Positions 49,709-61,988 of a DNA stretch of 64,000 nt are shown here, one piece after another. A model generated the notes under the pieces. The model was given only the letters and a program-made list of their open reading frames with translations. It had not been told where the DNA came from and ran no database searches. Numbering within the stretch: position 1 is the first letter of the stretch; each line of letters starts with the position of its first letter. The translations under genes and the position numbers were made by a program. Source of the DNA: Macrostomum lignano (taxonomy: Eukaryota). The stretch spans positions 620,001 through 684,000 of the forward strand of contig NIVC01000070.1 of NCBI GenBank assembly GCA_002269645.1, in the 5' to 3' direction.

Positions 49709-50365
49709 TTAGGTGGTCTTCTTGAAGTTGCGCAGGATCGGATAAATATTATTAAAAGCCTCGTAGATTTCCTCGCGAACTTTGGCTCCCGTAAGCACAA
49801 CTTTGCCAGACACAAACACTAGCAGGACAATTTTCGGCTTAACCATTCGATAGATGAGGCCGGGAAACAGTTCCGGCTCGTAGCTGGAGAACTGAGAATA
49901 GGACAGCACAAGGCCTTCCAGCCGAATAGGGAACCGGACATCGCAAGAGCCAACCATGTTTTGGATTTTAAAATCGGTGAATTTGGCCGGAAAGTCCAGC
50001 TTCTGAATGATTCTGGCGTACTTCCTGGCGGCCAGCTTGGCCTGCTCCTCGCTCTTGGCTCCGGTGCAGACCATCTTGCCAGACGAGAAGATCAACGCGG
50101 TGGTCCGAGGATCCCTAATTCGCATGATGACCGCGGCGAATCGTTTCGGATTATACTCGGCATTTCTGGCGTGCAAGGCGATCTTCTTCAGGTCGAGTTT
50201 GCAGCCCAGATTCACGGTGCAGACAATATTCTGCAGCTGGGGCAGCGGCACTGTGTTCTCTGAGCTCACTGAGCCCGGCATGGTCAGCAGGTGGGCCGGA
50301 GTGGCAGCCACCGATGGCGGTCCCCCAGAGCTGCCAGGGCCACCCCAACTGCCTGAAGCAGCCAT
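49709..50365 (-). CDS. TBP: TATA-box binding protein; core domain in one uninterrupted exon (218 aa from ATG 50365)
   Basis: [59 protein letters not shown]...[33 protein letters not shown] is the canonical TBP core. The true N-terminus is uncertain because an acceptor-like gcttcag follows the ATG. Confidence 0.97.
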   Translation of the reverse strand: MAASGSWGGPGSSGGPPSVAATPAHLLTMPGSVSSENTVPLPQLQNIVCTVNLGCKLDLKKIALHARNAEYNPKRFAAVIMRIRDPRTTALIFSSGKMVCTGAKSEEQAKLAARKYARIIQKLDFPAKFTDFKIQNMVGSCDVRFPIRLEGLVLSYSQFSSYEPELFPGLIYRMVKPKIVLLVFVSGKVVLTGAKVREEIYEAFNNIYPILRNFKKTT

Positions 50366-51229
50366 CAATCAATCAATCAGTTAAAAATTGAATCCCAAGA
50401 TCAAATTGATTTGCTTAATGCTGACAGGCATGCATGAATCAGATTAAAGATTATGGACTCATATTCCACATGTGAATTTTTTCATATTTTCCTAAAATTT
50501 TGCTAAAAGTTTTACTGTTACAGAAATAAAAAATGAAGTGCATTTAAAATGCAAACGTGCAGAGTCAACCAGCGCATTCATGGCTGGCTTAAAATTAAGA
50601 GTTTAAAGCTCTGTGAGCGAATGAGGCACCAATTGGGCACAGAGCTTCCAGACTCAGTAGTCAAGCTGAATGCTCATTATCGGGTTGGCACACAAAATTA
50701 TTTTTTTGCTATTGATAAAACTTGTCAATTTGAATGTGTGTGCTGCAAATTTAATACTTTGGCAGCAGGCATATAGGAGGTTGTGTAGGTAAAGTTTCAG
50801 ACCTATGCCTAAGCAAGAAGGGTGTTAAGCTTAGCTAGTGACTTAAAACAATGTAATATTATGAAATAGTGAGTTCTGTCACTTACCTAGAGTACAATTT
50901 TAGCCAAATGCAGTGGGCCTAGCTAGGATTTTGAATTGGGAAGGGGATAACTACAAAGATCAAAGCCACAATCAAATTACATGGTTTTTGTAATTTGTTA
51001 AAATCAGAAAATCCATTAGATATCTGCCATGGTTAGGAAGATATGCCATGTGTGCTGCAACAAATCCCTAGTCAAATGTTTAATTGTGTGCTATGTACCA
51101 AGAAAAAGAAACATGCATCTTGTATTATCACACATCACACTTTAGGTATAAGTAGTAGCTCAACTAGAATTTTTTTTGAGGGGGAAGGACCTTGGGGGGG
51201 GGGGGGCAAAAGGGTGGCTTTGTTTTTTG

Positions 51230-51970
51230 TAGTGATGGATCAAAATTCGATTTTGATTTCGATATTCCGAATTTTGAAACTAATTTTGCATCAAAATAAT
51301 TTCAATTTCGATTTCAAATTTTGACACCATTCATCAAAAATCATTTCGAAATTTTGGTTATATTTTAACAATTTAGACATTGATGATCATGCTACACGAG
51401 TAAGAAAATCTATAGTGAAGTGAAAGGAAGTGCGGTTCAAAGACTCAGTGGGGAGGTGAGAATCGCCTTTTCTACAAGAAAGATTGTGCGGGGCACACAA
51501 CTGTTCCAGGCCTTGTGCTGCACCCACCTCAACCTCCACAAGCCCACTGGCTAAACTCATTGGCATGGATTTTAATTGGCTAAAGACTTAAAGCCTTAAT
51601 GAAATGGATATAGGCTACTACTCGTATCTAGATCTTTAGCTTAAACAGCGGTGAAGTATAATACAACTTCTACTATATTTCTATGTACGAGTTTATAATA
51701 CATAATACACCAGCATTTTCTATTTTGTATTTTTAAAGTAAGTTGAATCTTAAGTATTCTGGTTTAAACATATCAAAGATACTTTTTATAAAACATGTAA
51801 GCTTATACATGCAGAGGCAAGGTGTTAACCTTTTTGCATGATTAGCAAAAAAGTAAAAATTTGTTAAACTCAAAAAAATTTTATTTTGATTTTGATTTTG
51901 ATTTTGATTCTAAGGAACCGAAAATTTTGATTTTGATTTTGATTTGAAAAATAATTTTGATCCATCACTA
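51230..51970. mobile_element. 741-bp hAT-like MITE
   Basis: Perfect 18-bp TIR TAGTGATGGATCAAAATT; flanks GTTTTTTG / GTTTTTTT (7 of 8 match); subterminal ATTTTG repeats. Confidence 0.82.
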
Positions 51971-52272
51971 GTTTTTTTGGCAGAAATTTGCTTGGTCCCC
52001 TTGGATTTTTTTGGTCTCCACCTAAGAGGGGGGCAACCACCTCCTCTGCCCCCTTTGGTTGTGCCACTGTGTGTATGCTAAGAAAATTTTACTGTATAGA
52101 CTAGCCTATGCATCAAGTGCAGCATGCAGCATGCTATATTAGGGATGGCCTGAAATTTTGGCTAGAATTTTGGGTACCCAAAACTTTTAATTGCAATTTT
52201 TTTGATACAGTTTCAATTTTGGATATTACACTTTTATTACAATGTACATTTATACCCAAAAATTCAGTCTCA

Positions 52273-52830
52273 TCTCTACCTATAAAAATCAAAACTCTGT
52301 CTGTCTGTCTGTCTGTGGACAAATTACTTCGCTATGGACTCCCAAACCGCTCAACCAAATTACACCAAACTTTACACCCACCCTAAACTTACTACAGAGA
52401 ATGTCTTAGGCTACCTTTTAATTTCCTAGACTCAAGTCTTCCTACCTAAAAGTACAAAAAACTGCTCAAAATGCGCGATTTTTTCACTAAATCCTCCATA
52501 GCGCCGCTCCATTTCTACCGATTCTCTTCAAATTTGACACAGATAATCTTAAACTATTTTGACACAATCGTGTAAAATTTCAAATCTCAAAGTTAATCCT
52601 GAAAGCCGCTGTGCACTTTTAAAGTTAGGCTGCTTTTTTCAGCGTAGCAACCACCCCAACCTCCGCCCGCCTGCCTCTCTTTCCCGATCTGGGCAAAGGG
52701 TGTGAATAGGTTTTAAAATGCCTAACTTTCGGCTGCCATAGTTTTGCTCCACGTGAAGCGATTGACTTCAAATTTGACACAATTCTTCATTGACTCATTC
52801 TCTGCCTACATGTAGTCTCAACTCTGTATC
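52273..52830 (+). mobile_element. Helitron/HINE-like non-autonomous element, 5' part (right boundary uncertain)
   Basis: A|TC start followed by CTATAAAAA, a (CTGT)n microsatellite, then AAACCGCTCAACCAAATT...AAACTTTACAC; this order resembles Helitron-derived interspersed repeats. No 3' hairpin plus CTRR identified. Confidence 0.55.
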
Positions 52831-53489
52831 TCAATCAGGACGGAAACTGTAAGCATGTGAAGTTTGTCTGCTTTTTCTGTTGTTTGTGCCACTCACTCAC
52901 TCATTCCCCCAGCCCAGACGAAGGGTCAGGCGATAGGGCTGAATGTACATGGCAACGTACACTGTTTTGGAATAACTTTTAATAGCCTTCTCTGCACGCC
53001 CGCGAGTGGAGTGGCGTGGAGAGGAGAGACAGTTTCAGCAAGAGATTCAATCCACTGTCCTCTGTATAGACAAGTCTGCAGCAGTTTAACAGTGGATGGC
53101 AAACAGGCAAATCAAGGCGATGCGGGATGGTTTGTAAAAATAGCGAAAAATTAATGAATAACTTATTACAATGCAATCCTACTAAATTAGTTACACCATG
53201 AAGCTTTTAACATTAAGTTTCGCATAGGGTAACTTTAAAATTTAAATGACTCCTAAGAAATGCACATTTCCTTGGTTGTTAGACTGCTGCAGAGTGCAGA
53301 CTGTGGTGGTGGAGCTGGAGATATACAAATTCCTCCCAGGGCTGCTAATTGGCCAAAAAGGTGACGTGATTAAAGTGTGAGAAATGATAACCATGATAGT
53401 ACTATGTCCCACAAACTGGCTTTCGAAGCAGGGATCGGTAGATTTTTAACTCAAAGGCCAGATAAAGAATCCAACTCATGGCTGCGGGC

Positions 53490-54895
53490 CAGATGAGAGT
53501 GAAAAAGAAAAGGAATAGACTATTAGAAAGAGAGGAAGGCCGAGAGGGGGGTAAGAGAAAAGATATAAGATAACAGGAAAGACAAGTGGGGTGAGGACGA
53601 GGAGAGAGCAGAGAATATGGGAGGAGGAAGCGAGAGGAGGGGAGACAGGAGGGAGAGGAAAGAGTAGAGGTGAGAAGAGGAAGAGAGAAGAGGGGAGAGA
53701 TGAGACAGAGGATCGATGAGAGAGGAGAGTAGAGAAGAGTGAGAAGAGAATAGAGAATAGAGAACAGAGAGGAGATAGGAGGGGAAAGAGAGGGAGAGAG
53801 GAGTGAGAAGAGAGGAGATAAGAGATGAGAGAGAGAGTTGAGAAAGAAGTGAGGAGAAAGGAGAGATGATAGAGTAAAGGGAAGAAGAGGAGAGAGGAAA
53901 GAAATGAGATTGTGGAGACGAGAGAGTAGAGATGAGAGATGAAGGAAGAGAGAGCAGAGTGCAAAGAGACAAGAGAAGAGTATAGAAGAGGGAAGAGAAG
54001 AGGAGTAAGAAGAGAGGATTCAGTAGAGGGGAAAGAGAAGAGTACACAGGAGAGTGGAGAGTAAAGATGACAGAAGAAAGAGGGGGTAGAGAGCAAAGAT
54101 GAGAGTGAACGCGATATATGAGAGGAGAGAGGAGAGTGAAGAGAGAAGAGAGAAGACAAGAGAGGGAGAGAATAGAAGAGGGAAGAGAAGAGAAGGGAAA
54201 AAGGAGAAAGGAAAGAGAGGAGTCAAAAGAGGGGAAAGAGAAGAGTACAGATGAGAGAGGTGAGAAAACATATGAGTATAAGAGAGTAAAGATGGCAGAT
54301 GAGAGAGGGGAGATGAGAGACCAGAGACGAGAGTGAACAGACGAGAGATGGGAGAGTGGAGAGAAAAAAGGATAGAAATAAGAGATGAGAGGGGAGACAA
54401 GGGAGAGAGAAGTGAGTGAGGAGAGAGGAGGGGAGGGGAGAGAACCGAGAGGACGGGGGAAAGAGGAGAAAGGACGAGAGAGGAGAGGAAACAGGGGAGA
54501 GATTAGAGGAGAAAGAGAGATGGGACAGGAGAGAGCAGAGAGATGAGAGGAGAGAGAGGGAGAGAGAGAGGAGAGAGAGAGGGAAAGAGAGAGGAGAGAA
54601 CATGCAGAAAGAATGAGAAGAGAGAAGAGAGAAAAGATAAAAGAAGAGAAAGAAGAGATAGATAAGAGAGCAAAGACGAGAGAGAAGAGAGGTGAGGGAA
54701 GAGACGATAGAAGAGAGGAGAGAGGAGAGAGGAAAGAAGAGAAGAGATGAGAGGAGAGAGAGGAGAGAGTAGAGAGGAGGGAGGAGAGGAGGGATAAAAT
54801 AATAGAAGGGAGAGAGAATAGACGAGAGAATAGGGGATAGAGGAGAGAGAGAGAAGAGACAGAGACGAGAGAGAGGAAACAGAAGAGAAGGTCGA
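53490..54895. repeat. ~1.4-kb imperfect polypurine (GA-rich) low-complexity tract
   Basis: Overwhelmingly A/G on the plus strand; explains the S/L/F/P-rich minus-strand ORFs. Confidence 0.95.
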
Positions 54896-55624
54896 AGTTT
54901 CTAAGGATCCAAGGGACATAAGGAGAGGCAGAGGCCAGAGTTTGCCTGTTCGCAGCACCCCAGCCAACAATATAAATGTTTGCCTCAAATCCTAATTTTT
55001 CACGAATGTACTCTATTTTATGTTTAATTCTAACCTAACTATTAACGAGTTGACCTTAGATTTTAGAATACGAGTACATGCAAAAATAGTTCCAGGGATT
55101 GAAATTCCCCGGGTTCAAAATCCGCGGGTTTCAACAGCTTGTTGTACTATATAAGATTTGTTAATAACCATTTGCTATGCATTACTGCACTTTCTATAAA
55201 AGGTTTGGGTATGTACTAATTTCATTATTGGGTCAGATGATCGAATGCTTGAATTGAATACAAGTATTTAAATCTATGACTACAGTGATTCAGTCAAAAC
55301 AGGATAAGAAAGAAACAACTTGGATTTCTTCTAAGTGAGCATAGAAGCACTATGTGGTGTGTATTTCTATGGCCAAGGGTATATGAACAAATGCATGCTG
55401 CTTACAGTAGGAAGCACTTATAAAAATTGGACTTTTGTGGCATGAAAGCTAAAATAAGCTGCTACCTTTTAGGGCATATGATTTTTATCACATATTAATA
55501 CTTGTGAAAGCAAGCAAAAGTGACACTACTTCTGGGATACCCCTCATAACTCCTCCCCCTTCTCTCTATGTTTGTCACTTCAGCCAACCTCTCCCCCTCT
55601 CTCCCTTAGTCCCTGAATGTTTGT

Positions 55625-55648
55625 CACTTTAAACTCTCTCTCTCTCTT

Positions 55649-55708
<60 letters not shown>
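55625..55708. repeat. (CT)n microsatellite
   Basis: Direct inspection. Confidence 0.95.
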
Positions 55709-58363
55709 CTTGCAATAGTTTTATGGGTTTGCCTCGCCATCTAAACTTGTGGGCTCCATTGATCACCTTCCCCTTTCATTGACTCCAACCCTCCCCCAAG
55801 TTGGCAACCCTTAAACACCAAAACCAAAAGCCTAGTCTTGTGCACAGCTTTATATTGATTGAAAACAAATGAAATTGAAATGCTTGCCATATGTGCCTGT
55901 ATCCAGTGCAGATTCTGAATGTCTATTTAGTGCTAAGAGGCTCATACTAAGGAGATACTATTTTTTGCATCTTTTAAGCCTACCAGACAAGGCATACATA
56001 CATACCATAGCAAGTCACAATTAGTGAATCTACTAACAATCTAATGCCCTCTTTTGGGGTGCTCAATAAGGAAGAAATAAAACTTATTTATGAGAATCCT
56101 TTAAAATGAAAGTATAGTATCTTAAAAGCATGCGTTTTTAATTTTATTAATCTTTTACACTTTACATAGGTGTATGTGAATTCAGTAACCAAAATTTAGT
56201 CACCAAGAATTAAGTAATGCTAGAATTTGTAGTAATAGTTAAATTTAGTAATGCTTAAATTTAGTAATGCTGGAATTTAGTAATGCTTGGATTCAGTAAT
56301 GCTTGAATTTAGTAACACAATGGTACAGTTGAGGGTTATCCTATATATATATTATTATTATATGTTATATAGTGCCAAAATAAGTGTTTGTGATGTAAAA
56401 ATGAGTACTTGCGGTGCTAAAATATGTGGTACCAGTGGCGCTAGGATGAATGCTTACTATGCCAAAATAAGCTATCTATATAAATAGATAATAAGCTTAG
56501 AAATTTAATATAGAAAACAAAAGGCAAATCTAAATCTGCCCCAATTTAACTCTTCCCCCTTCTCTATATTTGCCCTTTAGCCAACCCTTCTTCCTCTCTC
56601 CCGAGTCTTTCAATGTTTGCCAATTTAACCCCCCCCCCTCTCTCTTTCTTCTTGCAAATGATATTTTATGGGTTTGCCTTGCTACCTAAACTCTACCGAT
56701 CACCTTTCCTTTTTATTATTTGATTCTAAACCCCCAAGTTTGCAACCACCAAATACCAAAAGACATGTCTTATACATAGCTTTATATTGATTAAAAAGTG
56801 CAGATTCTAAACATGTTTAATGCTAAGAGACTCATTGTGACTAAGAAGAGGAATTGCTCTTAGCTGAAACTGCATAACAGCTATTGTTCATTGAAGTTAA
56901 TTTGAACTTAAAGCTCTAAATATACTTAATGAATAATGACATTCTCAAATATTTCAAATGAATATGAATGAAAAATAAACTATATCTCAATTACATACTT
57001 GTTTGCATTATTGACTTTTAAAATTTGGGTCACTTTTGGGTGGTGGGAAAAATCTTTCTTGGGCCATCTTTATGCTATATGTTATGTGCACCAGAAAATT
57101 CCTTTGTATAAGCCTATATGTGCTGCTGTTTTTGTATGAAATCTACAAGTGTTATCTACCGATCCTAAAAGTAGTGATATTGTTACTTTTCACTATATCT
57201 CTTATTCTACTAATCCAAATAACATCATTTTACACATATTGATAATGGCAACTTTCTTCTTTATAATATATATTAACTTTAACATCATTAAAATAGATAA
57301 TGGTAACAAAAGTTATAGGCCTAAACTAAAATTTAGAGAGTTTTACTATGAAAAAATTTGGTATACATTTATTTTTGGTATATAATCAACTATCTTAAAA
57401 AATCACTATAGCACATACTTGCCATGTGCCACCTTCTTGACTAGGCCCCTAGCCTATAGGCCATAGTTTGGATCATGTATTAGTGTATACTAGGCCTAGG
57501 GTAATGCCCAAAAAATAACAAAATGTTAATTGTATGCCAGGTTTATGTGCCAATATAAAAATTTTTATTTGACATAATGTATTTGTATTATGTATGCCAG
57601 GATATAGGCCTATCCTAATCCTAATTCCTAATATATACTAAAAATGGTAAGACCCTTATTGTATGCTAGGAAATCCTGGTATACATGTTGCCTTACAAAC
57701 TATGGCTTATGCCCTATGGGGCACTGGCATCTTTGGACATTGTCTTTGGTAGGCCTAGGGCCTATCATTTAAGATAGGGCCTAACAATTAAAAATATCAA
57801 TTCAGGATAATGCTATTTAATAGTAGTCAAAGAGCCTAAATATTGATAAAATGGCCTACACCTATAACTTATTTCCACTCTAATTTGGTCTAATTTAGGC
57901 CTAGGCCTACATTGCTTGGAGTTAGCTGGTTAATTTAATGTTTGAATTAACCTCTCTTAGCCTCCAGCTCTAGCTCTAATTCTTATTGTAGGCACATAAA
58001 TCAATGAGTAGAATTGAACGTTGCAAGTCTGCAGATGTCATTGTATACTTAAAAAAACAAAGCCAACAAAAAACATTCTGTTAAATTCGAATATTTAACA
58101 GATGGCCAATAAAACTATTTGGCGCGCGATGTGCGACATAGGCCTATATTTCACTTAACACAGCATCGTCAGGTAGAGTAAAATTTTTGTTTGAACCAAC
58201 AGGGCAAGAGGGATGCAAAATATAAATTAGAGCATGGTGTACAGATTCTCAATAAACATAATGTTTGCGCAATTGTAGCTTAGACCCTATCCAGTGAAGT
58301 GAACTCACTACCTCAGTAAGCTCACACACAGTGCTCACTCAGCTCGATCGATAGATGGGTCGT

Positions 58364-61300
58364 GGGTGTGTATAAAAGCTGGCACTGGCACATTGGACAC
58401 ATTGGACACCCCTTTTTATAACAAAATTAGATATGAAAATGCAGAATAAACTTGCGGAGATACTTTTAAATAATTTAAAAAATTGATAATAATAAAAATG
58501 ACATCCTTGCTTTCGTGATAGATGATTTGTTAAATATTCTTTGTATTATCGTTTTTTGTACATGTTTAATTTGGCATTCGATTTTTTAAAATAATCGCAC
58601 ATGCAAAAACTGCAGCTTGCAATGCTATTACACTGTGATTTTACTACCCCGAAGGTTCTGTACTACAGGCGTACCGATTTAATGCTAAATATGCCTGATA
58701 TATGAAATGATCAAACTAATAGTCAGAACTCAATTTTCCATAAAATGATGAAGCATTCTGCTCTTATCAAAAAACCACAACTTATTTTGTTAGGATTACT
58801 TCATGAAGAACGAACTTTGGATATTCCAAATTGCAAGTATTTCTATATTAAAAAAGTTAATACATTGGCAGATTATTTGATGAAAAAATTGCACCCAAAA
58901 AGTTTTTTTTACTTTGTAAGATGATGATTAAATTAATAATTTCCAAGCTTCTTCTTTTATTAGTTCAATTGCTTTTTGTATGATTTAAACCAACAAAAAA
59001 GGAATAGCTACTCAGTGAAAGTTCAAATTACAGTCTCTTCTTTATATACAATCCTTTTAAGAAAACATTATTATGAATAATTTGCCAAGTCATGATATTT
59101 AAGAAACTGTGCTAATCATTTAAATTATGAGTTAAAAAATGCAAGCATATAAGTAAAAAATCTACCTCACAGACCAAGAAGTCTTTTTACTGAAAGTTTA
59201 TATGTGACGCTTTGAAAAAACAACATATAAACCATCTTCACATAACATTTATTGTCATTTATTTCAGACCTAAATCCTTTAGCACATAAATATTCTGCAC
59301 GTATGTTGCAGGGTATACTTCCTTCTTCTAAAATCCTACAAATGCCACAAAGTTTTAATAGGCAAATTTATTAGTATTGTTTATATTAATATTTCTATAT
59401 TTATGAGAAGTTTTCCAATAAGAACAAGTTCCCAATCAGTAAAACACTATATTTTAATTCTAATGTCCAAAATTATGGCATTCTAAGGGACCAAGTGATA
59501 GGTTTTAAGCTACTATTAGCACCTGCATGATTTATTTATTTAATACCTACACATTCCTTAATGTCTATAGTTCGCCTAATTGCCTAATTGCTAACCCTAA
59601 TTCTAGCCTTCTTGGCTTACAAGTTTGAGTCTTCACAGCATATTATTCAATTCAAGCCCTACTAATTTTATTAGCCTCTCTTAATTTTATAAAATAATAA
59701 TTTTCTTTAGTGTAACTGCTCCAAAAATTTCAACTTTAATTTAAGTGGTTTTGCTGAAACACCACTTGCACCATTACAGCCGTCTATAATTTTTTTGTGC
59801 TAATTGGTTGACCACTTTCAATAATTTTCTTGGGTCAAGAGTGTGATATATGCATATTGCAGCATGAATTTTTTAAAGAATCCCTAATTTTATACAAGGA
59901 ATCATATGCAATAGGCCTTCTTCTTTTAGTAGTTTACATTTCTTAGAAAAGGTATAAATTCAAAAAAAGCTATTATTTTGTTTTACTACACGAATATTTT
60001 GTATACTTTGTATATTCTTTATATTACTTTTTGTTTGAAATGACAGGAAAAATTATACTATAAATAGAGGCCATTTGAGAGCCTAGCAAACCAACTTGCT
60101 CTTGTCTGTTCCTTGTTGAACAATAAGCAATTCTCAGTTGAAATCAGCCTTGAGCTCGTATTTGCTTGTATTACTCATTTTAGTAGTAGATAGTAGTTAG
60201 GAGTTGCCCCAGAAAATTGGGAGTCTAGTCCGTTCTCAGAGAACGAGAAATCCTAGACTTAGGAGTCTAGTAACCCGCCTTTAGGAGGCAGAAATCCTAC
60301 CACAGGGTAGAGAAATCCAGGCTTAGAGTCTGAGAAACCCGCCTCAGGGCAGAATACCCAGCGAAGTGCGCTGTGACCCTCTGATCCCGGGAACGCCCAG
60401 GACTGAATCTTTAGAGTATAGGAATAGAATAGACAGTGCCTAAGAGACCGCTCAGGCCCGAAAGTACAGTAAAAGTACATACGCTACCAATAGAAGTACA
60501 GACGCTACCAATAAAAGTACATACACTACCAATAGAAGTACATGCACTACAAGTAGAGGTCAAGTAATAACCAGCAATATTAACAAAAAGGAATAACCCC
60601 TGCAACAACTTAGTGACAGCGGTGAAATCATTTGTAGGGACAGAAGTTAACCACCAGCACAACTTTAGTGACAGCGGTGGGATTGTATAGAAAGACGGAG
60701 CCCTACGTCAACTTTGGCGGCAATAGTGGGAGAATATTAGTAGAAGCAGAAGTAAGCCCTATGACACATATATATTTATAGAAAGTTAGCTCTTAGAGTA
60801 GAGATAAAGTACATAAGACTATTAATAGCAACTTTTCATACAATTGCTTATGGTAATGATTTCTATTGTTATAAAGTTACAAATAAATAAAAAGTTACAT
60901 TGCATTTAAACTGTACTTTATGAGTTGTAAGCCTTTCAACTCAGAGTGCACTTCAATTGCTTTAATATACATTGCTAGATGTTATTTAGCATTTCTTTGT
61001 TATTTATCATTTAACTCATTGCATTGTTTAATTGCTAATTTCATTTGCTCAGCTGCAATATTTATTACTTTTTTATTAATGCCAATGTTTGTAATACTTT
61101 TTCTCCCCATTTTTAGTGTTTGTTGTATTCTTTTGTCAAATTTTAATTTTCCGCTGTATCTATCTTTACAAAAAATTGTACCTGTAAACTTATGGTTTTT
61201 TGCTTACAATGGTACTGTACTAAATTATATTTATTTCCTTGTTAGATTCTCTAAATTGAAAAAGTAATGCACTGCTTTATTATCATGCATATTGAATATT

Positions 61301-61988
61301 AAGGATAGTTAGTATTCCTTCCTTGAAAAAGATTCTAGAGTTGGATTCTATTTGATAAGAGAATAAATAATTTATTGAGTTTAAATGTTTTTAAAACATT
61401 AATTAATTGCATTTTGATGGAAATCACAACTTAAAAAATTATTCGTTTTTTTATTTAAGACACGGGGGATTTTAAAAATCCATATTAACAGCAAATTAAA
61501 CATTAACATTATGGGAGAGAGAGAGAGAGAAGGATTAGATTCACTTTCACCATTGCTGTTGATTTATGGAAAGGCAGTAAACAAGCCAGAGCAGCTGCAA
61601 ATAGTCAAATATGCCATGTCCGGCAATAAAATTCTGCAACTAGTCTGCTGCTCACTTTTTCCAACGTTTATTGAGGACAAGAAACGGCATTTAATGTTTC
61701 TATGTTTTCTGTAAGTGCACCAACTAGGTAAATGAAAATGACGTACCGAAAGTAGTTCGACAATAAAGCAAGATAAGAAATGAATTTAAATGTAGAATAA
61801 AACTTGTTGATACTACCAATCTCATGGTTGTTAGAAGTATATGAAAAAGTGCAATTATAAATAAATATTTACATTTTTATTCGAAAGCCAAAGTATATTT
61901 ATTCAAGCAAAACAACGATCAAAACTCGATTTTTGTTAACATAAGGGGTGTCCAATGTGCCAATGGTGCCCTGCTTTTATACAGACCC
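58364..61988. mobile_element. Mutator-like DNA transposon, decayed, 3625 bp
   Basis: Diverged ~55-bp TIRs GGGT(G/C)TGTATAAAAGC...TGGCACATTGGACACCCCTT; exact 10-bp TSD GATGGGTCGT at 58354-58363 and 61989-61998. A frameshifted SWIM-like remnant CGICRILEEGSIPC/QHTCRIF lies on the minus strand near 59290-59350. Confidence 0.8.

Noticed and set aside
4209-54988. Many other repetitive ORFs ([28 protein letters not shown] and similar)
   Set aside because: Each coincides with a minisatellite or the GA tract, or is the antisense shadow of a GC-rich exon.
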